Shown piece after piece: positions 1-13,418 of a stretch of DNA of 64,000 nucleotides (its first letter is position 1; every line of letters starts with the position of its first letter). The notes beneath the pieces are model-generated. The model was not told the origin of the DNA. It made no database searches and was given only the letters and a program-made list of their open reading frames with translations. The stretch lies in assembly GCA_951406725.2 (NCBI GenBank), contig OX597822.1:20956001-21020000 (forward strand), written 5' to 3'. Origin of the DNA: Octopus vulgaris. Taxonomy: Eukaryota. The position numbers and the translations under genes are program-made.

Positions 1-189
1 GTAATATCTTCCAATCGTGTCTAATCTGTTACTCTCTCTATTACCACCTTCTCACAACTGTAAACCTGTTTCTTTCATCATACTTTACATTCATCTTCTT
101 GCCTAAAATCATCGTGTCATCATTTTCCTGTTCTCTGTTCTCTTTTAGCGCTGGTGTTGTAGAAAAGGTATCCAGTACACTCTGTAAAG

Positions 190-335
190 TAGCTGGCCTT
201 AGGAAGGGGATCCAGTAGTAGTAACTATACCAAAAGCAAACATTTGGGCATGGTATGGTTTTCTGATGCATTAGATTGTGTTTGAACCATCCAACCCATG
301 CAAGCATGAACAATAAACATTAAATGATGATGATG
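190..335 (+). mobile_element. Degenerate RTE LINE 3' end
   Basis: ttaggaaggggatccag ... ccatccaacccatgcaagcatg ... taaatgatgatgatg tail; same 3' UTR as the RTE at 31441-32110. Confidence 0.6.
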
Positions 336-2739
336 TGAATGTGTGTGTGCACGCATGTGCATGTGTGTGTATGTATGTGTTTGTGTGTGTGCACGTGTAA
401 ATAAGAAGTAAACTTTTAATAATTAAGCTAGTAATGGTATTGACATTTTTGGTGAATGTAGTGTATTAGTTGTGCTATTATGGAAAAAGATACTCTTAAC
501 AGTTGATGATGTTTTGATGTGTAGGTAAATGATACTGGTGATGTAAAAGATACCAGTAGCTGGTGTAATTTTGATGATGATGATGATAATGAAGATGATA
601 GTGATGATAATGATGATATTTTTAATAGGTGTTTTGAGGAGAATGATGAGGAAGATATTTATTGTTGGTCACATGTAATACAAAGTTATTGGTTGTTACG
701 ACGATTGAAAATTAGCAGGAAATAGATGGCATTACATTTTAGTGGTAGAAATCTTAGTGAAGGTGATGGTGGCAATGGTGGTGATGTAGTAATGGTGGTG
801 TTGGTGATAATGGTAGTGATAGTAGTGGCGATGGTGGTGTGATACTAGTGTTAATGATGATAGCGATGGTAATAATTATGATGATGACCAATGCATATCA
901 TGTTAGTAGTTGTAATAAGGATAGAAACATTAGTGATGATGAATGCAGTACCCTTTCTTAGTCTAAGCATGGAATATGTTCCAGACTTAATCAAATTATC
1001 TTAGATGTGTCAGCAGAGAGACAAACCTGATTAGTATCATTGCTTTAGTAACCTTGACAACCCACCAACACTGCTGCCTTCATTGCCTCCAACCCCTCCA
1101 CTACCAATGACAATGATACTACCCTGCTAATTAGTGGATCACTAGCAAACACCCATTTAACCAACCAGCTTGTTTTATTTCAATCAAGCTTATCAACTGG
1201 GTTATGTAGCATGATTCCACCCATTTCCGCTCTACCACAAACCTATGTCTCTTATTTAACTCTACGTCCAATCAACCTAATTCTCCATCCATCGATCTGG
1301 CTATCTATCAAACATAACTCTGTATCATTGTTTTAATCATACCATCTATTTTCCCCCTGCCTTATTACTGGATATAGTTTCATATGTGTGTGCATGCACA
1401 CACACACACACACACACATACACATGCTGTATGACTACACACACATACGACTCTGGTTACTTTCACGTATAGATTGAGTCATTACATCTCTCCTGCATCC
1501 TTCATAGTATTTTGTTCTGAGTCATATTGAGCTGATTTCAGTTTCCTATGAGGTCAATTTTGCTTTCCATCCTTTTAGAAGTTTGATTCTTTAAAGTAAT
1601 TAATTTGCTGTTTTTCTTCTATGTCTGCAATCAGATTTAGCACATATAAATTTTGTACCCCACTTCTCGAATCGATAGCCTAAATATCAGCATTATACTG
1701 TGACAGACATGTTGCTGTTGATAATATAATCCTCAACAATTACAACAGCAAAATTCATTTTAAGCTTAAAAACTGATTCATCATCACCCCATGTCAATTC
1801 ACACACACACACACACTTACACACATACACATATATACACATGCATAATTGCACAAAGTTAAATTTAAAAAGTACAATAAAACACAATAACTAAATCAAA
1901 ACATAATTTAAAGAAATAAAACATGAAAGATTTCAAGCTAGTAAGAAGTTGGGCACTTCACGACCCTGTTCACTTAATCATTTTTCAAATTGCGTTCAAG
2001 TGCAACCGAATGCATCAGTAAGAATTTTTTGAGACATTTAGTGTTGAAAAATGCCATTTTGGGGTATTCTCTTTAAAGTTCGCTATGATGTCTTAATTTT
2101 AATTTCACTTGTAATTTATCTTTTCCATGCTTTATATATTCTGAACAAAATTGTTTTTGTGTCATTCACACTACTTTGGAGAGGCTTGTGATGCAAGAAA
2201 TGAATAATTTTGTCATAGATTGTTTGATTTTCAAAGAATGGCAAATCTTACTTCATTTTTGCTCCGTTCTTGTTAAAAGATTTTGTTGTTTGAAAGAAAT
2301 TGCTTCTCCTTACCTATTTCTAATGTTTTGTGTTGAGTCTTCTCTTTTTGTGATCTTTTTCCTCTTTTTCTCCTTGTATTTTCACTGAGCATTTGAGTAT
2401 TATATGCGTAACTTCTATTTCTTCCTCATCGAGTGATTAAAATGTGGTACAACAAGTTAGTACTGTTAGAAGAAATGTTTGCTAATCTAATTGTAAAACT
2501 GCACTTAAAGATATTTCCTTCACTACAGAAACAGGATTTTGTTTCTTTTTGTTGCTGCTATTCATTATATTAATTTTCTATGTTTTTGTTTAATCTTCCA
2601 AGTCCTTTTCGGCATTTAGCTCTAAGGTGTACCTTTTACACAATCAAATGTATCAAATAGGTTTTCTGTTCTGTATCATTAACCTTTACGTCTTTTGTTT
2701 TAATATATTCTACGGTGCACAATTCCAATGTAGCTTTGT

Positions 2740-3505
2740 AGCCTTCAGAAATCATTAGCACTTTCAAGTCCATTTTAACACATCCTGACCACAGATCACC
2801 TTTTGTTAGCCTACATTGACTACTCTTCCATACATTATCAAAAGGTTACAACTAGCCATAGATCTACATCACATCCAATGTCTCTTATTGTAATTCTTGT
2901 ATTTCTTTGATCCATGTACTGTGGCACAAATTACACATATCAGAAGTATGACTGACAATGTTTTGGCTGTATTTTCTGTTATAAAGACACAGCAGATAGA
3001 ACCATAGCTTTTGCTTTTTCGTTTGATACGGCTTCTCTCGATACTTGATGAAATGGAAAGTGTAATCAGTTTCTGTCTTTTTGAAAGCAGAGATATATAA
3101 ATGTTCTCTTTGCTCCCTCTCCTTGCCTATCACCTGTGGACAAAGAAATACAGTTCAGTCTTACATAATTCTCCCATCTACATTTTTCTTGTAACTGAGA
3201 TAGATCTAAGGATTCTATATTCTCATTTTGTATTGAAGGAAGGCTTATTTTCACATAGATGCTAAATGAATGGATCATAATATCTGGAATTGTGGCTACT
3301 GCTATTATTATTGTCATTACTGTTGCTGTCTTCCAACTTATTCATTTGAATATTTGGGACATTTTCTTCTATTAATTTCCTCTGTGTTGTTCATTGTCTG
3401 CTCTCTATTGTACATTTAGTTGTGTTGTTGATTTTGTGTTCTTTTACTCGTTGTAGTGTTTTATTGTGTAGCACAGTTATGTATGGCAGCCATCTTGGAT
3501 ATGGA
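2740..3505 (-). mobile_element. Possible decayed LINE 5' end/ORF1 remnant (L1/Tx1-like)
   Basis: Minus strand begins with CAAGATGGCTGCC (YY1-like motif common at LINE 5' ends), followed by A-rich, frameshifted coding-like sequence. No diagnostic domain recognised. Confidence 0.3.
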
Positions 3506-3951
3506 AATGTAATGTGTGAATAAAATTTTAAAGGTTTATGAAGCCAATCTCTTTTCTTCTGTCAACTACGTCAGGTATCAAGAGCAGCCCTTTAAGAAAT
3601 TATAATTCTTCTTACAAGTACAAAAATGAAAATTTCATTTAGTAATGTTTGAATGAAATGTGTTTTTGCACTACTAGAGTCAAAAAATAATAGTAATAAT
3701 AATAATAATGATGATGATGATGATAATGACAATAACAATAACAATAATTCTTCATAATTTCTGGCACAAGGCCAGTAGTTTTGAGGAGAGAGATAAGTTG
3801 ATTGTATCAACTTCAGTACTTGACTGGTACCTTACTGATCCTGAAAGATGTAAAGCTAAGTTGACCTTGCCAGTATTTGATCTCAGAAATGCCACTAAAC
3901 AACTTGTCTGATGCACTAAGGATTCTGCATACAGGCTACTGCAGCAGTAGC

Positions 3952-3988
<37 letters not shown>

Positions 3989-6900
3989 AAAAGAAAAATA
4001 ATTTTTATAAGTTTTGTTATTACTATTTACTTAGCTTTTTTTCTTGTCCACTTGCATCAAGCAATTTCAAGTATTCAAAGCTAAAATTATCTAAGATGTC
4101 TGGCCCCCACAGAAATAGTTTTACATTAAAATTAACACCATTAAATCACATATTGTTCTTAAAATTTGTTTGACATTCTCAGCCATATCGTTTCCCAGAA
4201 ATGCAGAAAGTACCAGAATCAGTTGATTACATCAAATCCAGCACTTGGCTGGTACTTAAGTCTTTGCTTGTATCCCCAAGAGGGATACAAGGGCAGGTAA
4301 TATCATAGATATGTTGGCTGGAAAATGTCAGTTGTTAGATCAATGAATTACCTGCCCTTGAATTAAAATACAAGTGGAATCAGCATGTGATAAGGGTGTA
4401 CCTTTTGAATTACAGGTAGATTCTACTCAACGAGCATTTTTATACAATTTCAGTTAACCATTTCACTCATATGAAATGGGTCAAACCAAAGTTATTGAAG
4501 ATGATATTTGTTCATGATGTCACACTGTAGGATTGAAGCCAAGACTTCATGGCTGTGTAGTAAATTCTTAACCATTTGGCCATACTGCACCCACAGCATA
4601 TTATACATAATATATACATATATAGAATTAATTGTAAACTCTAGAATCAAAGAAAACAAATAAGGATCTACAATAACAACAATGGTAATAAAATATAAAG
4701 GTCTATATATAGGTGTCAATTTAATTGCCAGGAGCAGAGGGGAAAGTGAAGCATTTGGACTAAACTCCTTCTATAGAAAGTGTTCTGAGATTAAAATATA
4801 AGCCTTTTCTATCTGTTTTAAATTAAATAAATGATACCTACAAACTCTTGGATTTTTGCATAGAATTTAACAGAGAATTATACTAATGAAGTGAAGATGA
4901 TAAAATATCAAATAAATTTTAAATAAATCCATGCATGTTGCGTTCTTGACAAGATAACTTGAGGGCAATGCATTTCAAGGAATATAGGTTGGCTTGAAAA
5001 AGTCAATATTCTGTGAATTCATGTGATTTAGTGCTGCAAGGTATCTTTGCAATATATTGGTCAATATTTGTTTTGCATAAACCAATTGCAGCAATAAATA
5101 TTAAGGTTATTGTTGAAAGAAGTTCAGGGAGCTGACATGATTCCTTATCACGCAGAGGATAGATTATATGAAGTATGTATAAGAAACATAATGCTGTATA
5201 AAAGTTAATAGACATCATCGTTTTAACAAACACTTTTCCATACTTGCATAACTCAAATGAAATTAATTGAAGCAGATTTTCTACAGTCAGATGCTATTCT
5301 TTTCATTAGATCTTCTATATTTTCAAGCAAGGTAATATTTCTTATAGACCTCCAGTCATGAACTGTATAGCCAGATATACTTTTATGAAAGATTGCAAAT
5401 GAATAATACTAGTCATATGACAGTAACTTTTATTTGCAATTAGCTTGTTATGTTAAGATAATGTGACATAAACATGCACACAAGCACTCACATGCAAAAT
5501 TATCCATGCAAACATGATGAGCTTCTTTCAGTTTCTATCAAACAAATCCAGTCATAAACTTTTGCTTGTCTGGAGCTGTTGTAGAAGACACTTACTCTAG
5601 TTGCTATGTGGTGAGGCTGAACTTTAAGCCAACCATGGAGCTTGAGAAGTGACCCATAACCATGCAGTTATTCTTGCACATGCAGGAGCATGCACACACA
5701 CACACACACGTAAATGCAGCATTGCTGAACATTTAAGAAGTTTGCTTTGCAACCACGAGGGTTTGCATTCAATCTTATTGAATTCAGACTCCCAATCAAT
5801 ACCACCCCAGGTTGATTTCTACTTTGTAATTTAAAATAGGATGGATGGAAACTGTATCGAATCCTGCTGGGTGGACTAAACTAGTAATTGAAAAGGCTTT
5901 GCCATATGCTGGATCGTACTGATTCTACTTAAGAATTTTGTAATGGGTAGAATTCCCAGCCATCTAGATGCAGCCATAATGAAAACACCATCCAACAGCA
6001 TCCATGTAGTGAATGAACTCTAAACAATATAGTTCTGAAGTGTATGCATATATATACATACATTTATATACACACACAACATCTATATAGATGTGTGTGT
6101 GTGTGTGTGTGAGGAAGCCATTATAAAACCAGAGAATTGGCCTGAATGGAAGCTAAAAATTATAAAGTAAAGGCTCAATGTTAAGCTGGGCCATAGATTG
6201 TCCACCATTTAATTTCACTCAGAAGTCTCAAACTCAGAACAACCTGATTCACAAAGTGAACGTCTTACACAGTTATATCTGCTCCAAAAGAACAGGAAAT
6301 ATGAGCAATGCTTAACTGATGAGGAATAAAATAATGTTCGTTTTTTCCCTTTTTACATGTGTGTGAGAGGAATAAGTTGATGATGGTCTCTTCTGTGTAT
6401 AAGTGCTAATAAAATGAGTTAAGTGTCCAGCTGTCAAACACATTAGCTGATATATACAAGGGAGATAAATATACAAGTATAGATCAGTAACATAAATAAA
6501 TTATATGGGCTGAGTAAAAAACGTTTTCCTGTAGTGTTTGAGATCATTTAATCAAGTCATTTCTGAGGAAGACATGAAATAGAATGATGAGATCAGGTTA
6601 AACCAAATAGAAATCAATTGCAAGCCTATCCAAATATAACTTCTATCAGCATGAAATAATGCATTTTTTAAATATGACATTTGCTTTTATTTGTCCTAGT
6701 ATTTTAAATTTTAAATTTCTAATTTATTGTAATTGTATTTGATCATTCCATTGAGACATTGTTATAAAAAAGATGTTGTCAAGGCATTTCATAATTTGAA
6801 AAACATCTCAGGATTTGAAAACAATTTTTTATGAAATTTCAAAATTTAAACTTTTTTGGAGTCAACGTTACGTTTTTTTATCTTTATAGATATTTTAGTA

Positions 6901-8339
6901 AAATTGTTAACAGGAGTAATATTGATTTGGTATTGATTTAAAGAACTGAAGTCCCTGATCAACTTAACGGCTTTGTATGTCCCCCTCCTCTTTTCATCGT
7001 GATCAAGGTCATCATCAATCATCAACACCAACATCATATCCACTTTCCCCTGCTTGCATGGATCAAATGGAAATGGTTGAGACACCTCTGCTGCCACTGG
7101 ATGCTCTTCGTACCATTCAGATTTACCTGTTTTCAAGCAACCTTATATTTCCCCATGGCAGGATATGTTTCATGGAGGGTTGGAAATAAACAACACAGAT
7201 TGTATGATAGTGACATTTATTTTTTGCAACCCTCATATGATATCAACAGGGAGAGAGAGAGGGAGGCATACACACACACACACACACCCATTTCATCCAC
7301 CAAAATCCACTCATAAGGCTTTAGACACTGATACAAAGTGCCAGATAGTGGGACTAAACCTAAAACCATGATGGGGCTGGGAAGCGAACTTCTTAACCAT
7401 ACAGCTATGCCTGCATCCTCATTGTCATTGTCGTCATCACCCCACCCCATCATCATCATAATCATCATCGTTGTTGTTGTCATTGTTATTAAGGCAGTAA
7501 GCTACCAGAATTGTTAGTGCATCAGACAATGGTTAACAGCAAATTTTTTCAGTTCTTAAATTTGCTTAGGTCAAAGTACTCTTGTACTTTTGGATAAAAT
7601 AAAATACCATTCAAGTACTGCAGATGGTATTAATTGACTTGCTCTTCCCCTCAAAATTGCTTTTGTAGAAAGGAGTATTATTATTATTATTATTATTATT
7701 ATCATTAGTATCTTTACCTTTCATATCACTGCTGCAAATAATGTTTCATTGCATGCAAGGAATGATAAGACAGAGTAATAGAAATAGAAGAAAAAATAGA
7801 AACAAATATAAAATTACTAACAATGACAAAAGAAAAAAAAAACAATGAAGCAGATAAAAAAAATTTTGTCACAGCTAAAAATAAATAGCAAGAATTGAAG
7901 CGAAAGCATAAGTTTAGAAAAACAGAATTAGCAAAATCCATGTATGATAGAGAGGTGATAGAAATGTGGAGTGGGGGTGAGGTGGGGTGGGGAAATGAAG
8001 GGAGCCTATTTGCAATGGATAAAAAAATGAAGTGTAGGAGGATGATAAGGACAGAAATAACTAAATAAATGAATTACAAGAGGGGTGGAGGGAGAGATAG
8101 AGAGTGATAGAGATAGAGGGAGATGTAAGTAGACAGATAGATAAATAGATAAAAAGATAGAGAGAGAGAAAAGAAGAAATAATAGATAGATAATAAGGAA
8201 AGAGTAAAAGAGGCAACAAAATGGGAATATCATCATTGGCACCATTGTTATCATCATTATCATCATTGTAATCAACATGATCATCATTGTCAATATTTCA
8301 TATGTTTTTCCATACTTGGGATGGATGTGCAATCTTTTA

Positions 8340-9290
8340 TCATGTTCTTTATGAGATCTAGTCTACTCAGATCAACTTTCTCACCACATCTCATGTTTTT
8401 CTTTGTCTTACGGGTTCCTTCTTCTTGGATCCCTACTATTTCTTTATCCAACTACCATCCTCACTAACCAGCTCTTGGATGCTACATCTGAATCCTCTTA
8501 TTGCCTGTTATTTTTTTCAACTCATCTGTATTCAGTCAGCCATACATGCTAACATTGCATTTCAAGCAGAGCTTGTCATTTTAGATGTATGTAGTAGGAA
8601 AGTAGTTGCAATCACAGTAGAATCCTTAGCCAATAACCGAAGGGGAAAGCTGTCCTTTCAACCAATACATTTCTGTGGGTGCTGCTAGATGATGGACTGT
8701 AGTGAGAACGTTATTCCATGCTTTCTGATCCATGGTGCTGGCCTTAGCAGGCTCAAGGTTGAGGCACTGTGACTTCAGGTCTGCCTCAATTTATTTAACC
8801 CATGTCTTCTTCAATGCACTGCACTGGATTGTCCAGAGCAAGGGTCACTGCCACCCAGGGTGAGCCCTAGGGTTGCTGACACCTGAGGCAAGCTGAGCTT
8901 CAGTGTGTACAAGCTGACAGTTGTGGAAATTTCTTTATCTTTGTCATGCTTTCCTTGGTGCCCCCTAACATATGGCACCCCAGGTGACTGCCCAAGTTGT
9001 CAGTACCTTGAGCTGGCCCTGCTACCACCACAACAAGTTAGTGTGTGGTAGTCTTCCAGTGCTTATCCTATAGACAGGGCCATACCACTGTATCCTATGC
9101 TCCCAGACTTAGTTGTCTGTTGCTGACATTCTTCTTGTTTGAGATTCAATCAGATAGAGGACCACCAAGGATCTAACAGAGACACTACATTTGGAATGTT
9201 CAGGTCCTGTTTGAAAATTGTCCAGGTTTCAGCACTGTAGAGGAGTTCAAGCGGAACCTGCATGTGGGAAAAGATGGATCTTGGTCCTTA
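8340..9290 (-). mobile_element. Highly decayed RTE-type LINE fragment, interrupted by a hAT MITE
   Basis: Minus-strand remnant near 8345-8435 resembles the RTE C-terminus (GRPRKTW..VV..DL..L.L). Confidence 0.4.
8856..9021. mobile_element. hAT-type MITE
   Basis: CAGGG...CCCTG imperfect TIRs; 8-bp TSD ctgccacc (8848-8855) / ctaccacc (9022-9029). Confidence 0.7.
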
Positions 9291-9369
9291 GGTGAATGTA
9301 GGACCATATTATCTTTCAATCAGTTCATTCCTTTCTCAGAACTAGATAATTGTGCTTTTTACTATAGGA

Positions 9370-9565
9370 ACAAGCCTGAAATTTTGGGGAGGAGTGTAGT
9401 TGATTACATCAACCTCAGTACTCAACTGGTACTTATTCTACTGATCCTAAAAGGGTGCAAAGTAAAGTCAACCCGGCATTTCAACTCAGAATATAAAGCA
9501 CTGAAAGAAATGTCACTAAGCATTTTGCCTAGAATGCTTATGATTCTGCCAGCTTGCCACCTTTA
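9370..9565 (-). mobile_element. SINE, family 2 (aaggcggcgagctggcagaa type)
   Basis: Matches the copy at 18736-18972. Confidence 0.6.
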
Positions 9566-9684
9566 GGCTACTGGTAATAGTAAATGGAACAACTACTAAG
9601 AGGCCCCCTTTTTCATTGACTTGCCTTAGTTGACTTAGTAATTATTGGTCACATTCAACAACATATGCATTTGACACATGCACA

Positions 9685-9718
<34 letters not shown>

Positions 9719-10476
9719 GCTGTTGTTGTTGTTGTTGTTGTTGTTAAGCAACAAGACGGGTAAGGGTGATTAGGTGTTGGTCTGGGGCTCAGGGATGGGA
9801 AACCCCAGACCTTGAAAAAAAAACTTTGGTCGTCTTGTTGTAGTTGAGGGCTCTTCGTTGACGCCCGACACCACTGGCAGGTGGCCCTCGAAGTCGCTGG
9901 AAATGGAGATCTCCAGGTCCAAATTTTTGGACGGCTGCTGCTGCTGCTACTACTACTACTACTACTACTACAGCTGTTAATATTGAGTAGTCAATTATTC
10001 CCAATGCACAATGGTCAGATACTATCATGAAGAATAACATGATTACATTTTTCCACTACCAGTACCACCACCATCACTAGTACCACTGCCATTACCACCA
10101 CTGCCAATGCTGCTATCACCACCACCACTGCTGCTGCCACTACCACCACCACCAACAACAACAACACCACCACCATAAACATTACTACCATCACCACCTT
10201 CACCTCCACTGCCACAAACAACAACAATAGTATGCAATCACCGCCACCACCACCGGGTGCGTGAATAAGAATGCAAGAGTTACAGAATGGAGTAGGTAAA
10301 AATCAATCTTCCATGCGTCAACATGTACATCCTTGTGACAGTGTAACCTTAAATTTAATCAAGGTATCATTGGCCTGAAGAGTAGCTGGACACCTTGCTT
10401 GGATTTTTACTTCTGAGGTTCTACCCGCTATGGAACATATGTAGCCTGGATCTTACCTCCATTCCATAACACTTGT

Positions 10477-10506
<30 letters not shown>

Positions 10507-10509
<3 letters not shown>

Positions 10510-11119
10510 GATAAATCTCAGAGCGAGTTATAAACAGTAGCAGCAACATATCGTGACGTATATTTGCCATTTGAATATGGCTAACCCCTAAGGGTGGATG
10601 CTACTGTAGTTTGTAGCCCCAGGAGGACACCTCCTCTAGCTGGCTATAGACACACTTTCTGTGCCCTATCAGTATTTGCAAAGGGAAGCCATCCTTCTCG
10701 TCTTCAACTTATGATACATACGGACTCGAGTTTCAGGGTATTGACCCGTCATCGGCGTGTGACAATCATAGTTGTCGATGAGAAGTAAGTTCCCTTCACA
10801 AATACATATACTTTTTCCAGTATCGATTGACACTGATATTGAAAAAGTGAAATCAAACAATGATAAATCTCAGAGCGAGTTATAAACAGTAGCAGCAACA
10901 CATCGTGACGTATATTTGCCATTTGAATATGGCTAACCCCTAAGGGTGGATGCTACAGTAGTTTGTAGCCCCAGGAAGGATGGCTTCCCTTTGCAAATAC
11001 TGATAGGGCCCAGAAAGTGTGTCTATAGCCAGCTGGAGGAGGTGTCCTCCTGGAGCTACAAACTACAGTAGCATCCACCCTTAGGGGTTAGCCATATTCA
11101 AATGGCAAATATACATCAT

Positions 11120-11120
<1 letters not shown>
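10507..11120 (-). mobile_element. Non-coding Penelope-like/retrozyme-like element: partial tandem plus inverted repeat
   Basis: Direct repeat 10507-10624 = 10859-10976 (period 352); inverted copy of 10558-10697 at 10975-11114; (TA)n on both flanks; contains a hammerhead-like motif. Confidence 0.75.
10717..10761 (-). ncRNA. Minimal type I hammerhead ribozyme (U4C variant)
   Basis: Minus strand reads cacacg CCGATGA cGGGT-caat-ACCCt GAAAC tcga GTC cgtatg: stems I, II and III with a palindromic loop 3. Confidence 0.65.
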
Positions 11121-11154
<34 letters not shown>

Positions 11155-11455
11155 CGCCTTACTTACCAGTGTCGCCTTACTGGCACTTGTGCCGGTGTGC
11201 AGGTGACACTTAAAAAAAACCCCCAAAAAACATGATTTTCCATGACTGTTGCCAGTACCGCCTGACTGGCCCTTGTGCCGGTGGCATGTAAAAGCACCCA
11301 CTACACTCATGGAGTGGTTGGCGTTAAGAAGGGCATCCAGCTATAGAAACTCTGCCAAATCAAAATTGGAGCCTGGTGCAGCCATCTGGCTCACCAGTCC
11401 TCAGTCATATCATCCAACCCATGCTAGCATGGAAAGTGGACGGTAAACGATGATG
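11155..11455 (+). mobile_element. RTE LINE 3' UTR fragment
   Basis: ggcatgtaaaagcacccactacactc...ccatgctagcatggaaagtggacggtaaacgatgatgat. Confidence 0.75.
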
Positions 11456-11978
11456 ATATATATATACATATATATTCATATATGATTGAGTGATATAGAC
11501 GTATCATCATCATCATCATGGTTTTAACAGCTACTTTTATGTGCTTGCATGGATCAGAGGAAATTCATTGAGGCAGATATTTCTATGGCTGGATGTCATT
11601 CATTTCACTCATCCTTACCTGTTTTCAAGCATTGTGATATTTTCTCTAGTCCTTCAAACATGAACTGCATGATGACCAGATATGTTTTCATGGAATATTG
11701 CAAATTAATATCATAGCTTTTATGTCAATGATATTTGTTAATATTTAATGCGCATTGTCCATAAAAGACATTTCTAAAACACAAATAAGATCTCTCTCTC
11801 TCTTTTCTTTCTCTCATGCACACACACATATGCACACACGCACACACAAAGTCATTGATTGCCTAAGTTGTAAGACAATGGAGTTGAACCCCGAATCATG
11901 TCGCAAAGCAAACTTCTTAATGACAGCCATGTCCATACCTGCAAGCTTATGCCCATATATATACGTGTGTGTGCATGT

Positions 11979-12026
<48 letters not shown>

Positions 12027-12027
<1 letters not shown>

Positions 12028-12180
12028 GTTTAAATATTTGTTGTGCAAGATTTTTTATGTGAAGTCGTGTGTTGAAACAGATATTGTTATATTTCGGAAT
12101 GGTCATATTGCCAGTTTAGCGAAATAACACCAAATATATAGTGCGTGTGTTTTTATTATATAAACTGAATATGACCATTC
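12027..12180 (+). mobile_element. Small repeat with terminal fold-back, PLE-like
   Basis: Imperfect inverted arms 12097-12130 / 12147-12180; related sequence at about 33185-33300; flanked by (TA)n. Confidence 0.4.
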
Positions 12181-12593
<413 letters not shown>

Positions 12594-12596
12594 AGT

Positions 12597-12720
12597 TGAG
12601 CTGGTAGAGTTGTTAGCATGCCAGGTAAAATGCTTAGTAACATTTCATCTGTCATTATGCTCTGAGTTCAAATTCTGCTGAGGTCGACTTTACCTTTCAT
12701 CGTTTTGGAATCAGTTAACT
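12597..12720 (+). mobile_element. SINE family 2, 5' part
   Basis: gagctggtagagttgttagcatgccagg...tctgagttcaaattctgctgaggtcgactttacctttcatc. Confidence 0.65.
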
Positions 12721-12926
12721 AAGTCTGATGTGCAAGATTTCTGTAAGAAGCAGTCACACAGGGCTGAATCAAACTGTTCTATAGGATTTATGTAACTCTT
12801 AAATGTGTTGAGCGCTTCTTTCGTTTGCCCAATTCTTCCTGAGCATTAATATAATACACCAGTTTGTTGTTCCTTCACCTGTCTTTGTCTTTATTTTATG
12901 TAAATTTCAAAACTCTCTCTCTCTCT

Positions 12927-12984
<58 letters not shown>

Positions 12985-13198
12985 CACATATATATCACTG
13001 AATGATGATGGGGTTTATGCTTATGTAAGTCAAAATTTATGTTGTGTATTAGTGGTTTGACAGTGAGCGATTGACATGTACTAGGACTAAATAAGTACTA
13101 GGGTTGATCTGATCAATTAAAATCTTGATGGGTGTGCTCCAGCATGTTCACTGACTAATGACTGCAATGATAAAAAGACTACAAAAAGTATTATTTAA

Positions 13199-13418
13199 CC
13201 CTTTCGTTACTGTATTTATTTTGAGATGCTCTGTGTTTCTTTCATTTACTTGAAATAGAACAAAGAGTTTAGTAAAATAACTTAGTTATCATTCAGCTAG
13301 TGTTAGGAACATAAATTGATACTAAGGTTTGGTGGAAGATTTTAGTTCAAAACTTATGGAGTCAAGATATTTGTACTCAGACCCAGAGCCATTTTCAGCA
13401 GGGTTGGTAATGAAAGGG
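13199..13418. mobile_element. piggyBac-type MITE
   Basis: TTAA TSDs (13195-13198, 13419-13422); TIRs ccctttcgttac / gtaatgaaaggg. Confidence 0.85.

Noticed and set aside
6557-6590. Hammerhead-like CTGAGGA...GAAA
   Set aside because: No stem III or cleavage triplet, and stem II is negligible.
9790-9935. GC/CpG-rich patch starting CAGGGATGGGAAAC (hAT MITE?)
   Set aside because: Right TIR and TSD not convincingly found.
10015-10255. Gly-rich / Val-rich ORFs
   Set aside because: Degenerate (ACC)n trinucleotide repeat; no splice or domain support.
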